Counted from the stretch's first letter, positions 12,443 through 24,117 are shown. The stretch: 64,000 nt of DNA from Mayamaea pseudoterrestris (GCA_027923505.1 BROI01000001.1:2046001-2110000); one strand, 5' to 3'. Numbers and translations: made by a program. Notes: generated by a model from the sequence alone, not told the origin.

Positions 12443-12672
12443 AACGTGCGAGCAATAGCTTATCTTAACTCTAACATTGAGCAGAATATTCCAGCAGCAA
12501 GAATAGGCTGGACTGCTGAACACGAAGAATATTAGGTTTCTTCTCCATCTATATGTTATTACCGAAAAGGAGCAGCAAAGTCTACAAGTATCCATACAAC
12601 CAACATAGTACAAGGACGCCACTGCCGCTTTTGGCTGCGTATCACTATGAGCATGTACCTTGAAAACTCCGC

Positions 12673-13095
12673 TTGCCTGGTCTCTGCGATCATGAGCCTG
12701 TGCTAAGATTGACCGTCAGTGAAGCTTTGTTAGAAATGGTTCCTAAGCTACAACCTACGCACGTATTTGCCAACACGGGCTGGCATCACGATAAAGGCGC
12801 GACGCCTACCAATTTCGGTTGCACTCTCCAAAAGTTTATGATTGATCCAAATGTCCAGGCGTCTGCCGTCACTAATTTTTGGGTGCAAGAGTCAGATAAT
12901 GTGGAAGTACCTTTGCATGGCTGTGAATCGAGGGTTTTTGACCGTATGAAGCCTACGGTGGGTGTTCCCCGGTCGTGGTACTTTGACGATTTACATGGGC
13001 TATCGATTTTGAATCAAGAGTTGAATCATATGCTGCTTGACTTAATTTGTGGATCAAATGATGCCACTTCGTGCGACATTGACAAGGCGGAGTAA
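12673..13095 (+). pseudogene. 5'-truncated SGNH/PC-esterase-like fragment
   Basis: PTHVFANTGWH … WYFDDLHGLSILNQELNHMLLDLIC resembles the C-terminal N-x-G-x-H and DxxH blocks of SGNH-fold proteins. There is an in-frame TGA at 12661 and only about 230 bp to the upstream gene, leaving no room for an N-terminal half. Confidence 0.4.
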
Positions 13096-13331
13096 GGAAA
13101 AGAAGTATAGAGTAGTTATTTCGCGATTTTATTGTGACGCGCGACATTACTTTCTTAGCCTAGTAAATCCAGTGTCGTGCTGGACTGGCTCGCGCTGCAC
13201 ACGTTACGCGCATTTTTTGGCGATCCCTTTGAGAAATCCGAATGACAAATTTGTTGACACGATGATGGCTCAATGGGCAGTGGCTGCACTTGGAGAGTGA
13301 TGCATTCTTGGTACATGCTCAACCATCAGTA

Positions 13332-16141
13332 ATGGCATCGACCTTCTGGGAATACGCTTCGGCCTGGGTCGACGCTGCCTGGTCCCCATGCGGAAATTAT
13401 TATGGCCAAGTGCCACCAGACGAGCCGAGCTGTCACCAGGAAAACATCAGTCAAAGCAGCTCAAATAGAAGAAGACTACGTACGAATCAAACTTTTACTG
13501 CCGACGATGAAATACTGAGCTTGGAAAGTTGCACTAACTGCAGTAGCGAGGACAGTAGTTCTGGCGGCGAATGTTCCGCACCTCTCAATGCATCTTTGAC
13601 TTCGACAGCTGCGACTTCCCGGTTGAACAGCGAGGAATTCATGCATGGCATTCGAGCATGTATTATCGATGAGCTGGTGCTTGCTGTGGATGAAAAGACA
13701 AACGAAAGAAACGATCCTATATCACTTGCGACGTCGGGTGATGGCACGTCTTTCCAATCCACGCTTGTTTCTGCCGAGAAGGAGCTTGACGCAATCCTGC
13801 AAGCAGACAGTCCAATGCTGGAAGTACTCAGCCAAGCAGACTCAGGCGACATAGCTACAGAGCAATTGGATCTCCTTCAGTCGCAATTGTCGTTTAGACA
13901 TGCGACTGATGCGACTACGATCAACTTTCCCACTTCGTCGCCAGCTAACGTTCAACAGCAACACTATTTAGTTCGCAATGATTACTTTGACGACGATTCA
14001 ACATTGGTCAATTCCAAAGGCGACGTCAGTATCGAGATTCCTCTCACCAAGACACTATGGAAAGACTGCTGGTTCGTCTCTGCTCATGATACGATTATGG
14101 AATCATCCGTTTACCAAAGTGACAATGACGAAACGAGTGAAGGAAGCGATATCTTTTCGGCGCTTTTATCGGCAAGCGGACATGTGCATGGCCAATATGA
14201 AGACAACCTCATTACGTGCGACGGCAAGCGCTCCTTGAACGACCTCGAGAAGTCGCCGTGCGCCAAGCGACATGTACCGGCCACGGTGCACCAGCCCTCT
14301 AAAGGCTTTCGCGCTAGCTTGTTGGAAGCAATGGATAAGAATACTGTAATATATGATGAGAAAGACAGCAACATCAGTGGTGACATTAAGGGGGAAGAGA
14401 CCTTAAGTGCATTATCAGGAATTTCGCTTGGTGATGTTATCACAACGCACGCGCATTGCGATGCAGCCGACGGAGAACAATCGTCTAGTAAATTAGAAAC
14501 AAGTGCCAGGAATGAACTTGCAAAAGATGCTGACACTGAGTTGTTTCGCGATGTCCCGGACATTTTGGCATGCAGGACAAGCGGCCTCACAAAAGCAAGT
14601 CCTCGTCACGCCGAGGTTTGGAAGAGACGTGAATCAAAGTCGGGGTTTCAAGTCGTCAACCCTTCGATGCTATCAATTGCACCGGTAGCAAAAATAGCCA
14701 AGGAGACCAAGTACGCCAACGTTTGCAAAACAAGCTCATACAACGGAGAATTATTCAGCGTTCCGAGAACTTGTTGGGCGCCTGAAAATAGAAACCATAG
14801 TTGCAAGACAGATCAGCGCCCAAGTATTAATTTTGTTTCAACACTCGCTGAGACTGCTCTACATTCTCGTACGCAAACAAAAGATACTCCATCTATAAAT
14901 TCCATCGCAAATCTCGCAATGTATAAAGGCTCGCATCTTGACGCGATCAAGGATACGCCAGACAACATTTCGGTAAGCCTGTAAGTACTTTGTCAGAATC
15001 CATGGCACAGACGCAGACTGGCGATGTCACCCAACTAACACCACCACCCCTTAGTCTAAGTCTGCAAGTTCGCGGCGAGGCTGTCGAAAGCTCCTCCCTG
15101 AATGTACTGTATGAACACGATGATAGCGACGCAGAGTCACAAAGCACCGGTCCCAGCAGTGACGGAGAGAACAGAGGCCATCGATACAGGATCAAAACAG
15201 GTTTGCTGATGCTTGTCGCTAGTGAAACAAGTACTTTCGTCGACGCAAGAAGACATGATGATATACCAGAAGCATGCATGATCGACGAGCACGACAGTTT
15301 AAGCCGACTCTTTTCTGGTTGGTGCCATCTCCATGCATCCCACGACAATGCTGCCTTGAAGACACCGTCACCCAGGGTCCGAATTCTCAAGTCCATGAGA
15401 GTAGAGGGCGCTGTCAAGGCTTCTGATGTGCGTTTGCTGCTGGAAAGCGATCACGACAATTTTAATGAGCAGATGAAAAATGCTCTTGAAGCCGTTCACT
15501 GCATCTCGACTTTTCTGCTACTATTTCTAGTTCCCTTGACGTTGGCAAGTCTTGTTGCACTTGTCTTAATATGGGCGCGGAGTGATGTTTGTCTGCAAAT
15601 TGCCCTCGCAGCATATTGTGCGAGATTCGCCTATACTCTACAAGCCATTGTTATGGTAGCAACCTTCTCGAGCGCCAAGTTTGACGTAATTGCCGCTGCA
15701 GGTGACATAAGCTGTTTCCTTGGCGCTCAAGCCTTGCAGGGTCGCGGACGCGCAGATAACACTTGCACAGACTATCATGATTTGAAGACCGTATTACTCT
15801 ACTGCATCTTTTTTGGGTATGTTGCACTTCGCGGGTGGCAGCAAGCTACTAACGAGTGTGTGGCACCAGTGCACGAAAGTAATACCAGTATGGGTCCGTC
15901 TGAAATTATTTGGAGTTTCAAATGTGCCCATGAAGTTCATGCGATCGTTCCCGAGTTGCACGAAGTTTTCCAAGAGCCATTGGGAGCTGCAAATACGACT
16001 GCCGTGAGCCGTCTCACGCTTTTGGTAAGCGATCCAGATCAAAAGGCTTGTGCTGCGCTGGAGAGTGAACTGAGTACAACTGATCTTTACAAACGAGGTT
16101 GTGTCCGATTCTTGAGACGAGCAGATGTACGCTTTGCGTAA
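13332..16141 (+). CDS. Large Ser/acidic low-complexity protein with C-terminal transmembrane helices (intron 14981-15054 joins two ORFs)
   Basis: GTAAGT at 14981 (phase 2), CTAAC branch site and CCCCTTAG acceptor at 15054 join the 13290 and 14990 ORFs in frame. Hydrophobic segments FLLLFLVPLTLASLVALVLIW and others lie near the C-terminus. Confidence 0.6.
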
Positions 16142-16259
16142 TATATAGCATTCTTACATATTGTATCATCTCGTGACCTGTTGTTTCATTCAATATCCGT
16201 CTCTGGGTCTTTGACAGTCTGCCGGACCCCTTCCACCTCTGTAAATCGATACGATTCGT

Positions 16260-17174
16260 TTACGAATCCGCACTAAGCAGCTGTCGTTCTACACGCTCCA
16301 AAGCAGTTAATGACTCCACAAGCTGTTCTCTTGATACTTCAAAGAACTCAACGGGAACGGCTATACGCAGCTGCTCCATTCTTCGACAAGCCAAACTAAC
16401 GGCAGCGCAAGCGAGCGACATGATCGGCAGCTGCAAGCACCATGAGGAAAAGATAGTATTGTTGACAAGCCACCATGCATCTGTAACAATCTGTTGCTGT
16501 TGTTGCTTCGTCAAGATATTGGGGCTCGTCTCGCCATTTGACAATCTGTTTGCGAAAATGTTCTGCACGACGAGTATGACAGCCCGGTGCGGCGACGAAA
16601 CAAACGTGTCAAAACCAATCCATCGCAGAACGTGCTGCTCCAGCTGTATTATCTTCTTCTTCATGTCCCAGTATGATTCGTCAAGCAAGGGTGGTTTTGC
16701 TTTCCAAATCAAATGAATTTTGCCCTTTTGCTTGTTCGAGCCATTGTCGGACGAAGGTTGTTTCAAAGAGTCGCTGCCACCAAAATCATTTCCTGCCGAG
16801 TCAGTGTTCATGCTTGATGTAAAGTCAATCATTTGAATACAGTTGATGACATCTCGAAGTCGTCGCGACTCCTCCGAAACCTTGGCGCCGAGGAATAGGC
16901 AGGCTCCAAGAATTTCCTTGTTGTCGGCGTCGCCATGTCGCTCACCAATCTTATTTGCCGGATTCTCCATTCGTCGCCGACTATAGTAACGAATCAATAT
17001 GCAAGCTATCGTATATTGCGTTTCAACGGAGAGTCGAAGGACTCGACAAGAGACGCTCATGGCGCAAAGCAAGGGTTGGAGCGTTTCATCGAGGCGACGT
17101 GCCTTCGATTCGTCCATTTCGAGTCCGAGAGGACTCGTTCGAGTCAGATCAAAATGCCTTTCCTCTGACTCCAT
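16260..17174 (-). CDS. Transcriptional-type cyclin (cyclin L/K/Q family)
   Basis: Cyclin box ACLFLGAKVSEESRRLRDVIN … IIQLEQHVLRWIGFDTFVSSPH. Confidence 0.85.
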   Translation of the reverse strand: MESEERHFDLTRTSPLGLEMDESKARRLDETLQPLLCAMSVSCRVLRLSVETQYTIACILIRYYSRRRMENPANKIGERHGDADNKEILGACLFLGAKVSEESRRLRDVINCIQMIDFTSSMNTDSAGNDFGGSDSLKQPSSDNGSNKQKGKIHLIWKAKPPLLDESYWDMKKKIIQLEQHVLRWIGFDTFVSSPHRAVILVVQNIFANRLSNGETSPNILTKQQQQQIVTDAWWLVNNTIFSSWCLQLPIMSLACAAVSLACRRMEQLRIAVPVEFFEVSREQLVESLTALERVERQLLSADS

Positions 17175-17514
17175 TTGAGTAGCCTAAAGAGGACTATATA
17201 GACAAGAAGTGTCGCTGCTTCGTTCATTTTTTCTGCATCGTTGTTTCGAGTTGACGAAGATCGATTTGTAACTGTCGCTTCGGTATTTATGACGTCGCTA
17301 CGGCATTCGATCTGCCGCGCCGCCGCGCATTTTCTTCACTCTCATTCCATGACCTATCGTCGTCGACAAATGCTATGGACTGCCAAATAAGCATTGGGTT
17401 GTATTGTGAAAGATTCTTGAAACGTTAAAGTCTTTTTGGAAGTCACGTATTGAACCGCATCGCTCGACTGGCGCGCCTGCAGCCTGCAAATCGCCTTGCT
17501 CACAGCTCACAAGC

Positions 17515-18336
17515 ATGCCATCACGCAAAAGCAAACAAGCCGGAGGCAACTTTCCACTCACATACTACGAGCGCACCAAAAAGTTTGCCTCGAGCGAATA
17601 TGGAACGACATCGTTGCGTCTGGCAGGTCACTCGCAGTATCAGCTGGGAGACTGTGGGCTGACCTTGTCCAGACTGGGAGACACGGCCTTGTGCTCACCC
17701 AGTGGCCACTTGTATGAGCCAGCAGCCATGCTGGAGTATTTATTGGAGAAAAATGCAGAAATTAAGGAACTCAAGGCACTGTATGACGCTCAGCAAGCTG
17801 ACAAACTGCGAAGAGTCGAGGTGCGAGACGAAGCAGAGCAGCATGCCAAGAAAAAGGCTTTTATTGACTCGCAAAAGATGATCAAGCGTCAAAAACTGAA
17901 TGCAAATGATAGCAAGCATGTTTCCTACGATCAACTCAAGAGTGCCAGCTACTGGCTCAGCGATTCGCAGCCTCAGCTAGATGCGAATGATCAACCCGAC
18001 AAGATTCAACCTCCGTCGGATCGACCACTTTCTCCTCACTCCCAAGACCAAATATCGCGAAAAGAACTTTGGGAGGTCAAACTGCAGTGGCAGGAAAACA
18101 AATTGGTTTGCAGCGTTTCCAACAAGGTGTTGCGCAACAGTGTGGTTGCCTACTGGACCAGTCGTCAGGAACCGGGCCGCCTCGTTTCGCAAGACAGTTT
18201 AGACTTGCTGGATGGCACTTGTCATGAGACGGGCAAGAAAATCAAGTACATTCGCAAGCTGCAGTCCAGTGGAACGAGTTTCAGTGGTTCGGCGCAGCAA
18301 ACGGAAGCCACAATGTATCGGCCGACCATTACTTGA
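17515..18336 (+). CDS. NOSIP: Nitric oxide synthase-interacting protein homologue (RING/U-box-like)
   Basis: N-terminal MPSRKSKQ…TYYER…YGT…RL…SQ…C.LTL…SPSGHLYE..AMLEYLL and C-terminal LQSSGTSF match the NOSIP family pattern. Confidence 0.8.
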   Translation: MPSRKSKQAGGNFPLTYYERTKKFASSEYGTTSLRLAGHSQYQLGDCGLTLSRLGDTALCSPSGHLYEPAAMLEYLLEKNAEIKELKALYDAQQADKLRRVEVRDEAEQHAKKKAFIDSQKMIKRQKLNANDSKHVSYDQLKSASYWLSDSQPQLDANDQPDKIQPPSDRPLSPHSQDQISRKELWEVKLQWQENKLVCSVSNKVLRNSVVAYWTSRQEPGRLVSQDSLDLLDGTCHETGKKIKYIRKLQSSGTSFSGSAQQTEATMYRPTIT

Positions 18337-18748
18337 GCGAGCATGGAGACGAGAAGCTTAGTATAGAATTACATATTCAGCTATCGGCAACGGTTTTAGT
18401 TGTATGTAGCGGTAACCTTTGCTTCATTTTTGGCTGTTAAGCAGAGAACGGCACTATCACTCAAGTTGGTAGATCTTGGCTAGCTAGTTTTTTGGCGATT
18501 CACAGTGCGACAGTCGGTTAGGAGACGCCAGAACCTCTCGTGTCGTCGAAGGAACAAGCAGAAGGCCGAACGAACAAGCATCAAGACAGACATGGTCGTT
18601 CTCACAATGCTGCTGGTTGCCGCAGGGTATTCCTTGTATCAGAGACACGGCGGCGGCGATTTGTGGAGAAGCTGTACGTGCGACGCGAGTGAAGCAGTCG
18701 CGAATGACGGTGGGGAGGAGCCGTTGATTTTTGACTACCGAAAAGACG

Positions 18749-20130
18749 ATGGAGAAACAGCAGCGTACGTCAAGCCGATGGAGTCTCGGATTGCTTCTGA
18801 TTAGTCAATGTTTACTACTGAATGAATCTGTGAATGGGCTCGCAATGCGTCCACCTCGGAGAGAAAGGACTCGCTACTTTTCGCAGCAGCTACTCGTCCC
18901 TCCGTTGGAGCGACTCGATGATGGACGTTTCGATGAAGCATCTTCTTGCGACCTTTCAATTTTGTATACAAATGACCCTCATGCAGTCTCGCAATGGCTT
19001 TTGGAACATGTTGATCCAAATGGATGCATGCTCGGATTTGATGTCGAGGTAGGTTACTTCGTGCGGCTGGATTTGATGTTACCTTAGCCTGCGGGTTTGA
19101 CACCTGGAATATAGAGGCAGAACGCAGTATTGCGGGATCTTATGATCTGTCGTGATTTAATATGCGCTCGACTTTTGATTGTTGAGAAAAAGAGAGAGCA
19201 ATGATGATCAACCAGCTACTCTGTAGAGGTTTAGTCGCCGTACAACCATGCGGATATCCTATAACACTTGCAAGACAAGTGAATGAGCTCTCTCGTGATT
19301 TTCGAAGGTTTTGCTTCTGTTTAAATCTCTGATCGCAATGCTAACGGCCATGTGCATTTACCTTTCTTCTGCAGTCTGTTCCAGACGCCCCATGGGTGCG
19401 AAGCAAAGCCAGTTTCTTGGGGCCGGCAACCGTTCAAATTGCCACGACGCGAGCGGCGCTCGTCATTCAATTGGTCAAGCCAGATGGTCGCTTCAGCCAG
19501 GCGTGTGTACCATTGCTGGAAGCAATTTTGAAGGATGAAAAGATTGTCAAGGTTGGCTGCGCCATTGATGATGACATGCTTGCACTGCGGAGTCGTTTCC
19601 ATGGGCTTGAAGCTTTTGGTAGATTAGAGTTGAGCGGAGTATGTGCCACAGAACCAGGTCAATCTGTTGGTTTGAAACGATTGACTGATATGATACTCGG
19701 GCTGGACTTGCCCAAGTCAAGGAGATTGGCGGCGAGCGATTGGAGTCAAGTACCACTGTCACCTGCTCAGATTGCGTATGGCGCTCGCGACGCCTGGGCT
19801 GGAGCCGCCATTGCTGCCAAGCTTGCTGAACTAGAGCCGAGTTCATTTGCCTTGGAACAAGTGCTCGAGCGACTGCGATCATCATCAGTCCGATCCTTGC
19901 GCGAGCTGGAAGACCAGCGACGGAAGCGAAAGCAAGCCAAGATTTTGCTCAAAATGCTACGCAAACTCACAACCATCACCACTACCACCACCATGTCTAC
20001 TGAACCATTGGCGTCATTGAGGCTCAACTTGGCTCGCGAGGCGAAGAAGAGCTTGACCGAGTACCGTCGCGAGACGGATTTGCCATTATATCAAGTGGAT
20101 TTGATGACGGCTGGTAATTTTACCTCATAG
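18749..20130 (+). CDS. DEDDy 3'-5' exonuclease (WRN-exo/EXD2-like), possibly organelle-targeted (intron 19049-19374)
   Basis: ExoI LGFDVE| joined in frame to …ATVQIAT…KVGCAIDDD…GLKRL…SDWSQVPLSPAQIAYGARDAW (ExoIII YxxxD). N-terminal hydrophobic signal-like segment. Confidence 0.85.
19192..19294 (+). ncRNA. Intronic box C/D snoRNA, predicted LSU rRNA 2'-O-methylation guide
   Basis: Perfect 8-bp terminal stem GAGAGAGC (19192-99)/GCTCTCTC (19287-94), C box ATGATGA (19201-07) and variant D box ATGA (19283-86). The 11-nt AACCAGCTACT (19210-20) is complementary to conserved LSU AGUAGCUGGUU. It ends 80 nt before the 3' splice site. Confidence 0.75.
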
Positions 20131-20350
20131 ATGTTCGCCTTGTACATATATAATCGTATCCTGTATTTCAAACGCCACTTTTTTGCTATAAATAGTACAA
20201 GTATCATACTGTATAACGGCGGGGAAGAGAAGAGGCCCTGTTTGCGATACACCGCTACGACACGAGCACGTTTTCTTTTAATTTCTTTTGTCGCAATCAC
20301 AATCACTTGATCCACCATTGGATCTCTTCCTTCCTGGCAGACACTCTACT

Positions 20351-21739
20351 ATGGGTATTCCAGGCTTGCTTCCTGAAATATTGGGTTGTGTCGGTCGTCC
20401 CACTGATTTGCGCGCCTTTAGTAACGGTGTCGCTCATGGCAGCGACAGCGATTCGCTCGTGCCTCTGCGCATCGGAGTGGACGTTTCGACTTGGATCCAT
20501 TCGGCTAGCTACGGCCACAATGATGAACTGAGCGACGACCGTCACTTGTCAAACTATGGAAGAGCCGAGTTGCTGAATAACGACAAGACTAATATCGAGA
20601 AAGGCACAGAGAATGAGACTGCACCTACCATTTCATCAGAGGTTGAACAGGCTTATATAGTCAAGTGTGTCTCAAACATTGTCGGACGCCTGCAGCGGCT
20701 TCAACTAGAGACAAAAGGCGAAGTATTGGCTGTTTTGGATGGAAATACTGCTCCCATTAAAGCGGCGCAGGTGCAAGTCCGAGCGCGCAAGCGCAAGCAG
20801 GCGGAACTGGAACGAGATCAGCAAGTGGATCAAACTGGCGACGAGGAGGCACTTGAACGTCGCATCAAAATGAGTAAACGGGCTGGAGCCGGCAAGTACT
20901 TTACTGCTATTCTTGTTGCGGTACTTGATCAGCTGCGCATCAACAAAATTCCCTTTCTAGTTGCCCCGTACGAAGCTGACTCGCAGCTTGCGTATCTGTC
21001 ACTGAATCGATGGATTGATGTCATAGTCACAGAAGATTCAGACTTGCTAGCCTACGGAGCCAGTCCTATTTTATATAAGCTAATTGAACACATTTCCAGT
21101 GGCGATCCGATTGGAACCATGGTCAGGAAAGAAGACTTGGCAGCACACAAGGACTCGTCGAATTCAAGTCTCAACCTCACCGACTTTAATGCGCTCACAA
21201 TGGCTGTCATGTTTGTCGCCGTTGGGTCCGACTATAACATTGAGACAAAGATTAGGGGTATTGGCATCAAGGCGGCTTGCACTATAGTGAGGGACGTATT
21301 TTTCGGAGCTGCAAAATCCAAAAGCAAGGCGGTCATACTGGAGCAAATTTTTGCAAGGACGTTTAGCGCTGGCTGGGACCAAAACTCGCTGACGGAAGAC
21401 TTTAAGGAAGCTTACAAGAAAGCATTCATTGAAGCATTGCTCATGTTCCGGCACCCAGTTGTTTTTGATCCAATTCGTGGCGAATGTGTGACCATGGGAA
21501 ACGAACATGGCGATCCCGATCTCATGACGTATGGGCCTTACGCCGTGCTTTTTGCCGATCCAGTACGACGTGAAACGATCGTCGGCGCCTTTTATGATAG
21601 AAAAGTTGCCATTTGCATTGCGGAAGGTTGGATCTCGCCGCGCACGTTGCGCCCTTACGAAGGAACGCAGTCACAGTTGCCGGATTACGTTCTGGAAGTC
21701 ATTGCTGCGATACCTCCTATACTCGCCGATGATGAATAG
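20351..21739 (+). CDS. EXO1: XPG/FEN1-family nuclease, EXO1-like
   Basis: MGIPGLL…IGVDVSTWIH (N region), VLDG, VAPYEADSQLAYL…VTEDSDLLAYG, GSDY…IRGIGIKAA (H3TH) and FRHPVVFDP. Confidence 0.85.
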   Translation: MGIPGLLPEILGCVGRPTDLRAFSNGVAHGSDSDSLVPLRIGVDVSTWIHSASYGHNDELSDDRHLSNYGRAELLNNDKTNIEKGTENETAPTISSEVEQAYIVKCVSNIVGRLQRLQLETKGEVLAVLDGNTAPIKAAQVQVRARKRKQAELERDQQVDQTGDEEALERRIKMSKRAGAGKYFTAILVAVLDQLRINKIPFLVAPYEADSQLAYLSLNRWIDVIVTEDSDLLAYGASPILYKLIEHISSGDPIGTMVRKEDLAAHKDSSNSSLNLTDFNALTMAVMFVAVGSDYNIETKIRGIGIKAACTIVRDVFFGAAKSKSKAVILEQIFARTFSAGWDQNSLTEDFKEAYKKAFIEALLMFRHPVVFDPIRGECVTMGNEHGDPDLMTYGPYAVLFADPVRRETIVGAFYDRKVAICIAEGWISPRTLRPYEGTQSQLPDYVLEVIAAIPPILADDE

Positions 21740-21813
21740 TTGAAATTTGTACGGTAAACATTGTTACTGTGAAAGTGACCCGACAGGTCGGTGTGGAGCC
21801 TAGATATCTTTAA

Positions 21814-22497
21814 CTAAACGCCAGTTCTATCGCTTGACGCATCAGTATCACTGCTCGCTGAGCGCGTCGGGGTCAGTGTCTCGATGCGAGAGCAAGAGGC
21901 TTGAACCAGACTTGCAATGCCGCCCAATAAGAAGCAAATTGTACCAGAAATAAATATAATAGCGACGAACTTGTCGACATCTTCGCTTCTTCCCAAAAAG
22001 GAGAGGTCGACTACGTAGGGAACGGATGCAACCATGAATATGAGGCACCCAGTTATGTAAAAAACGCCGACTACTAATAAAGAGTACATATTCTTTTTTG
22101 TACCCTCCACCTTGAAGAGCTTGTGCGAGTCGAGCAAGACGCCAGCCATGAAAAGGCCGCTTCCAATAATGAAACAACACGCGCCAGGAGCGCAATTGTC
22201 AACAGCGGGCAAAAAGTATACGCTTCCAATGAAGTACGCAATCGAACCGGAAACGTATAGGTAGGATATCCAAGTCGATGAGGCTGCTGCAGCACTTTTG
22301 CTTTTGACAATTGTTATTGAGTTGATCATGCCGCCAATGACAAAGAAGAGACTCCCAATGACAAAGCACCAAGCTCCAATGAGAGCGCCGTTGAGAGACG
22401 GCAAAAACATGACGCTACCTCCCACGTAAAGTAGTGATCCAATTACATAGAAGAGTGCGCATGCGATCTCTCGATGCCGTCCTTGGCAAGCTGGCAT
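21814..22497 (-). CDS. YrhK-like repeat multi-pass membrane protein
   Basis: Three repeats of YxxGSxxF/YxxGSxxFLP…GAxCFxIGSxxF, giving six hydrophobic helices. Confidence 0.7.
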   Translation of the reverse strand: MPACQGRHREIACALFYVIGSLLYVGGSVMFLPSLNGALIGAWCFVIGSLFFVIGGMINSITIVKSKSAAAASSTWISYLYVSGSIAYFIGSVYFLPAVDNCAPGACCFIIGSGLFMAGVLLDSHKLFKVEGTKKNMYSLLVVGVFYITGCLIFMVASVPYVVDLSFLGRSEDVDKFVAIIFISGTICFLLGGIASLVQASCSRIETLTPTRSASSDTDASSDRTGV

Positions 22498-22878
22498 TGT
22501 TCACAGGCAGCAAAAGATTCCCGCGGTCGATGGTCACTCGAGAAATAGGGTATTCGCTCCACCGTTATGTTTCGCAAGTAGCTTTTTCACCGCATTGGCT
22601 GGTTCTTACTGGTAACGTCACCGTTTTGCGTGTATTTGACGATACCGGCCATCACAAAAGGAAGCAAGGAGGAATCCTGGAGAGTTTTGGTGCGAAAGAA
22701 CGGAAAAGCATTAATGGGCGTCTGCGCTTTACTTCCGTTTCGGCGATGCCGCGCCGACCACGAAAATTCGAAAGAACAAAATCAACATCTCCCTCGATCA
22801 CCATCTACTGTTAGAGACTCTCATTGACTTGTTACAGCACTATTCACGAAACAATCAACCTATTCTGAAAATACCACT

Positions 22879-24117
22879 ATGGAGGTTGACTCATCATCCC
22901 CATCGCTACCTCTCGATCAAGTCCAGATTATGATTCAGGCCTGCTTGACAGGAAACATTTCTGTCATACACGAGCTAGTTAATACAAACTCTATATACGC
23001 CAGTGAGCAAGACCCAACTACAGGTCAGTCTCCCCTCATGGCAGCTTCCTCGCTCGGCAATGGTGCACTCGTCGAGTACCTCTTGGAGAATGGCGCACCA
23101 TGGAACGCAGTCGACCGGCAAGGTTTATGTGCGGGCGACTATGCGACAAACAATGAGCATTGGGGCGTTGTGAACTTGCTCGTCGACTGGGGCGTTCGAT
23201 CCGAGCTCATATTGGGCATGGTGGAACGTGAAACCAAGCAGCAGTTAGGAATTGTCTCGCTGAATGCAGCCTCACATAACAATGCAGATGGCGCGAATGG
23301 ACAAGCTCGTCCAGTCGAATATGAACCATCCACCAAACCCGACTATTTGCGCCAGCGATTGCAATATACACCTGATGGTAATGCTCTGCTGGATTCCGAC
23401 CAGGACGCTGTCATGATGGAGTGGGAGCGTCCGCTCATGGAGGCGCACGCGGAAATATTAATGCAAAAGGCCAAGACAGTCCTCAACGTTGGCTTTGGAA
23501 TGGGCATCATTGATACGGCATTGCAGCAACGGAATCCTGCTCTGCATGTCATTATTGAGGCTCATCCGGATGTTTATCAACATATGCTTGCTCAGCAGTG
23601 GGACAAGAAACCAAATGTTCGCATATGCTTTGGAAAATGGCAGGATGTTCTTCCGCAGTTGATAGCTGAGGGACTCACTATCGATGCCATATTCTACGAC
23701 ACTTACGGTGAGCATTATTCGGATCTCGAGGATTTCCACACCCTCATGGTGCAGCTGCTGAGCAAGCCGGACGGTGTTTACTCCTTCTTCAACGGGTTGG
23801 CACCCGACAATCTCTTTTTTCATGGCGTTGCCTGTCAATGCGCCAAGCTGCAACTCTCGCAACTAGGACTCGATTCAGAGTTTTTGCCATGTGAGATTCA
23901 GGTCAAGAATGAAGTGTGGGAAGGTATTCGTCGCAAGTATTGGCATGGAAGAGATACATACTATTTGCCACAATGCACGTGGAACGCACACTTTCTTGCG
24001 ACGGGTCAAGTGCTAGACGATCCTATTCTTCAGCAGGTCAAGAAGAATAGCGGTAGTGCAGTGACTGATGTTGCGAGCGACGGCAAACGACAACGAGTGA
24101 TGGAAATGAATACGTAA
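22879..24117 (+). CDS. RMT2: Protein arginine N-methyltransferase 2 (ankyrin + RMT2-type SAM domain)
   Basis: GQSPLMAAS…LLENGAPWNAVD, AVMMEWERPLM, VLNVGFGMGIID, IIEAHPDV, IFYDTYGE, YSFFNGLA. Confidence 0.92.
   Translation: MEVDSSSPSLPLDQVQIMIQACLTGNISVIHELVNTNSIYASEQDPTTGQSPLMAASSLGNGALVEYLLENGAPWNAVDRQGLCAGDYATNNEHWGVVNLLVDWGVRSELILGMVERETKQQLGIVSLNAASHNNADGANGQARPVEYEPSTKPDYLRQRLQYTPDGNALLDSDQDAVMMEWERPLMEAHAEILMQKAKTVLNVGFGMGIIDTALQQRNPALHVIIEAHPDVYQHMLAQQWDKKPNVRICFGKWQDVLPQLIAEGLTIDAIFYDTYGEHYSDLEDFHTLMVQLLSKPDGVYSFFNGLAPDNLFFHGVACQCAKLQLSQLGLDSEFLPCEIQVKNEVWEGIRRKYWHGRDTYYLPQCTWNAHFLATGQVLDDPILQQVKKNSGSAVTDVASDGKRQRVMEMNT

Noticed and set aside
12661..12663. In-frame TGA as possible selenocysteine
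   Set aside because: No redox-motif context and no SECIS-like hairpin recognised downstream.
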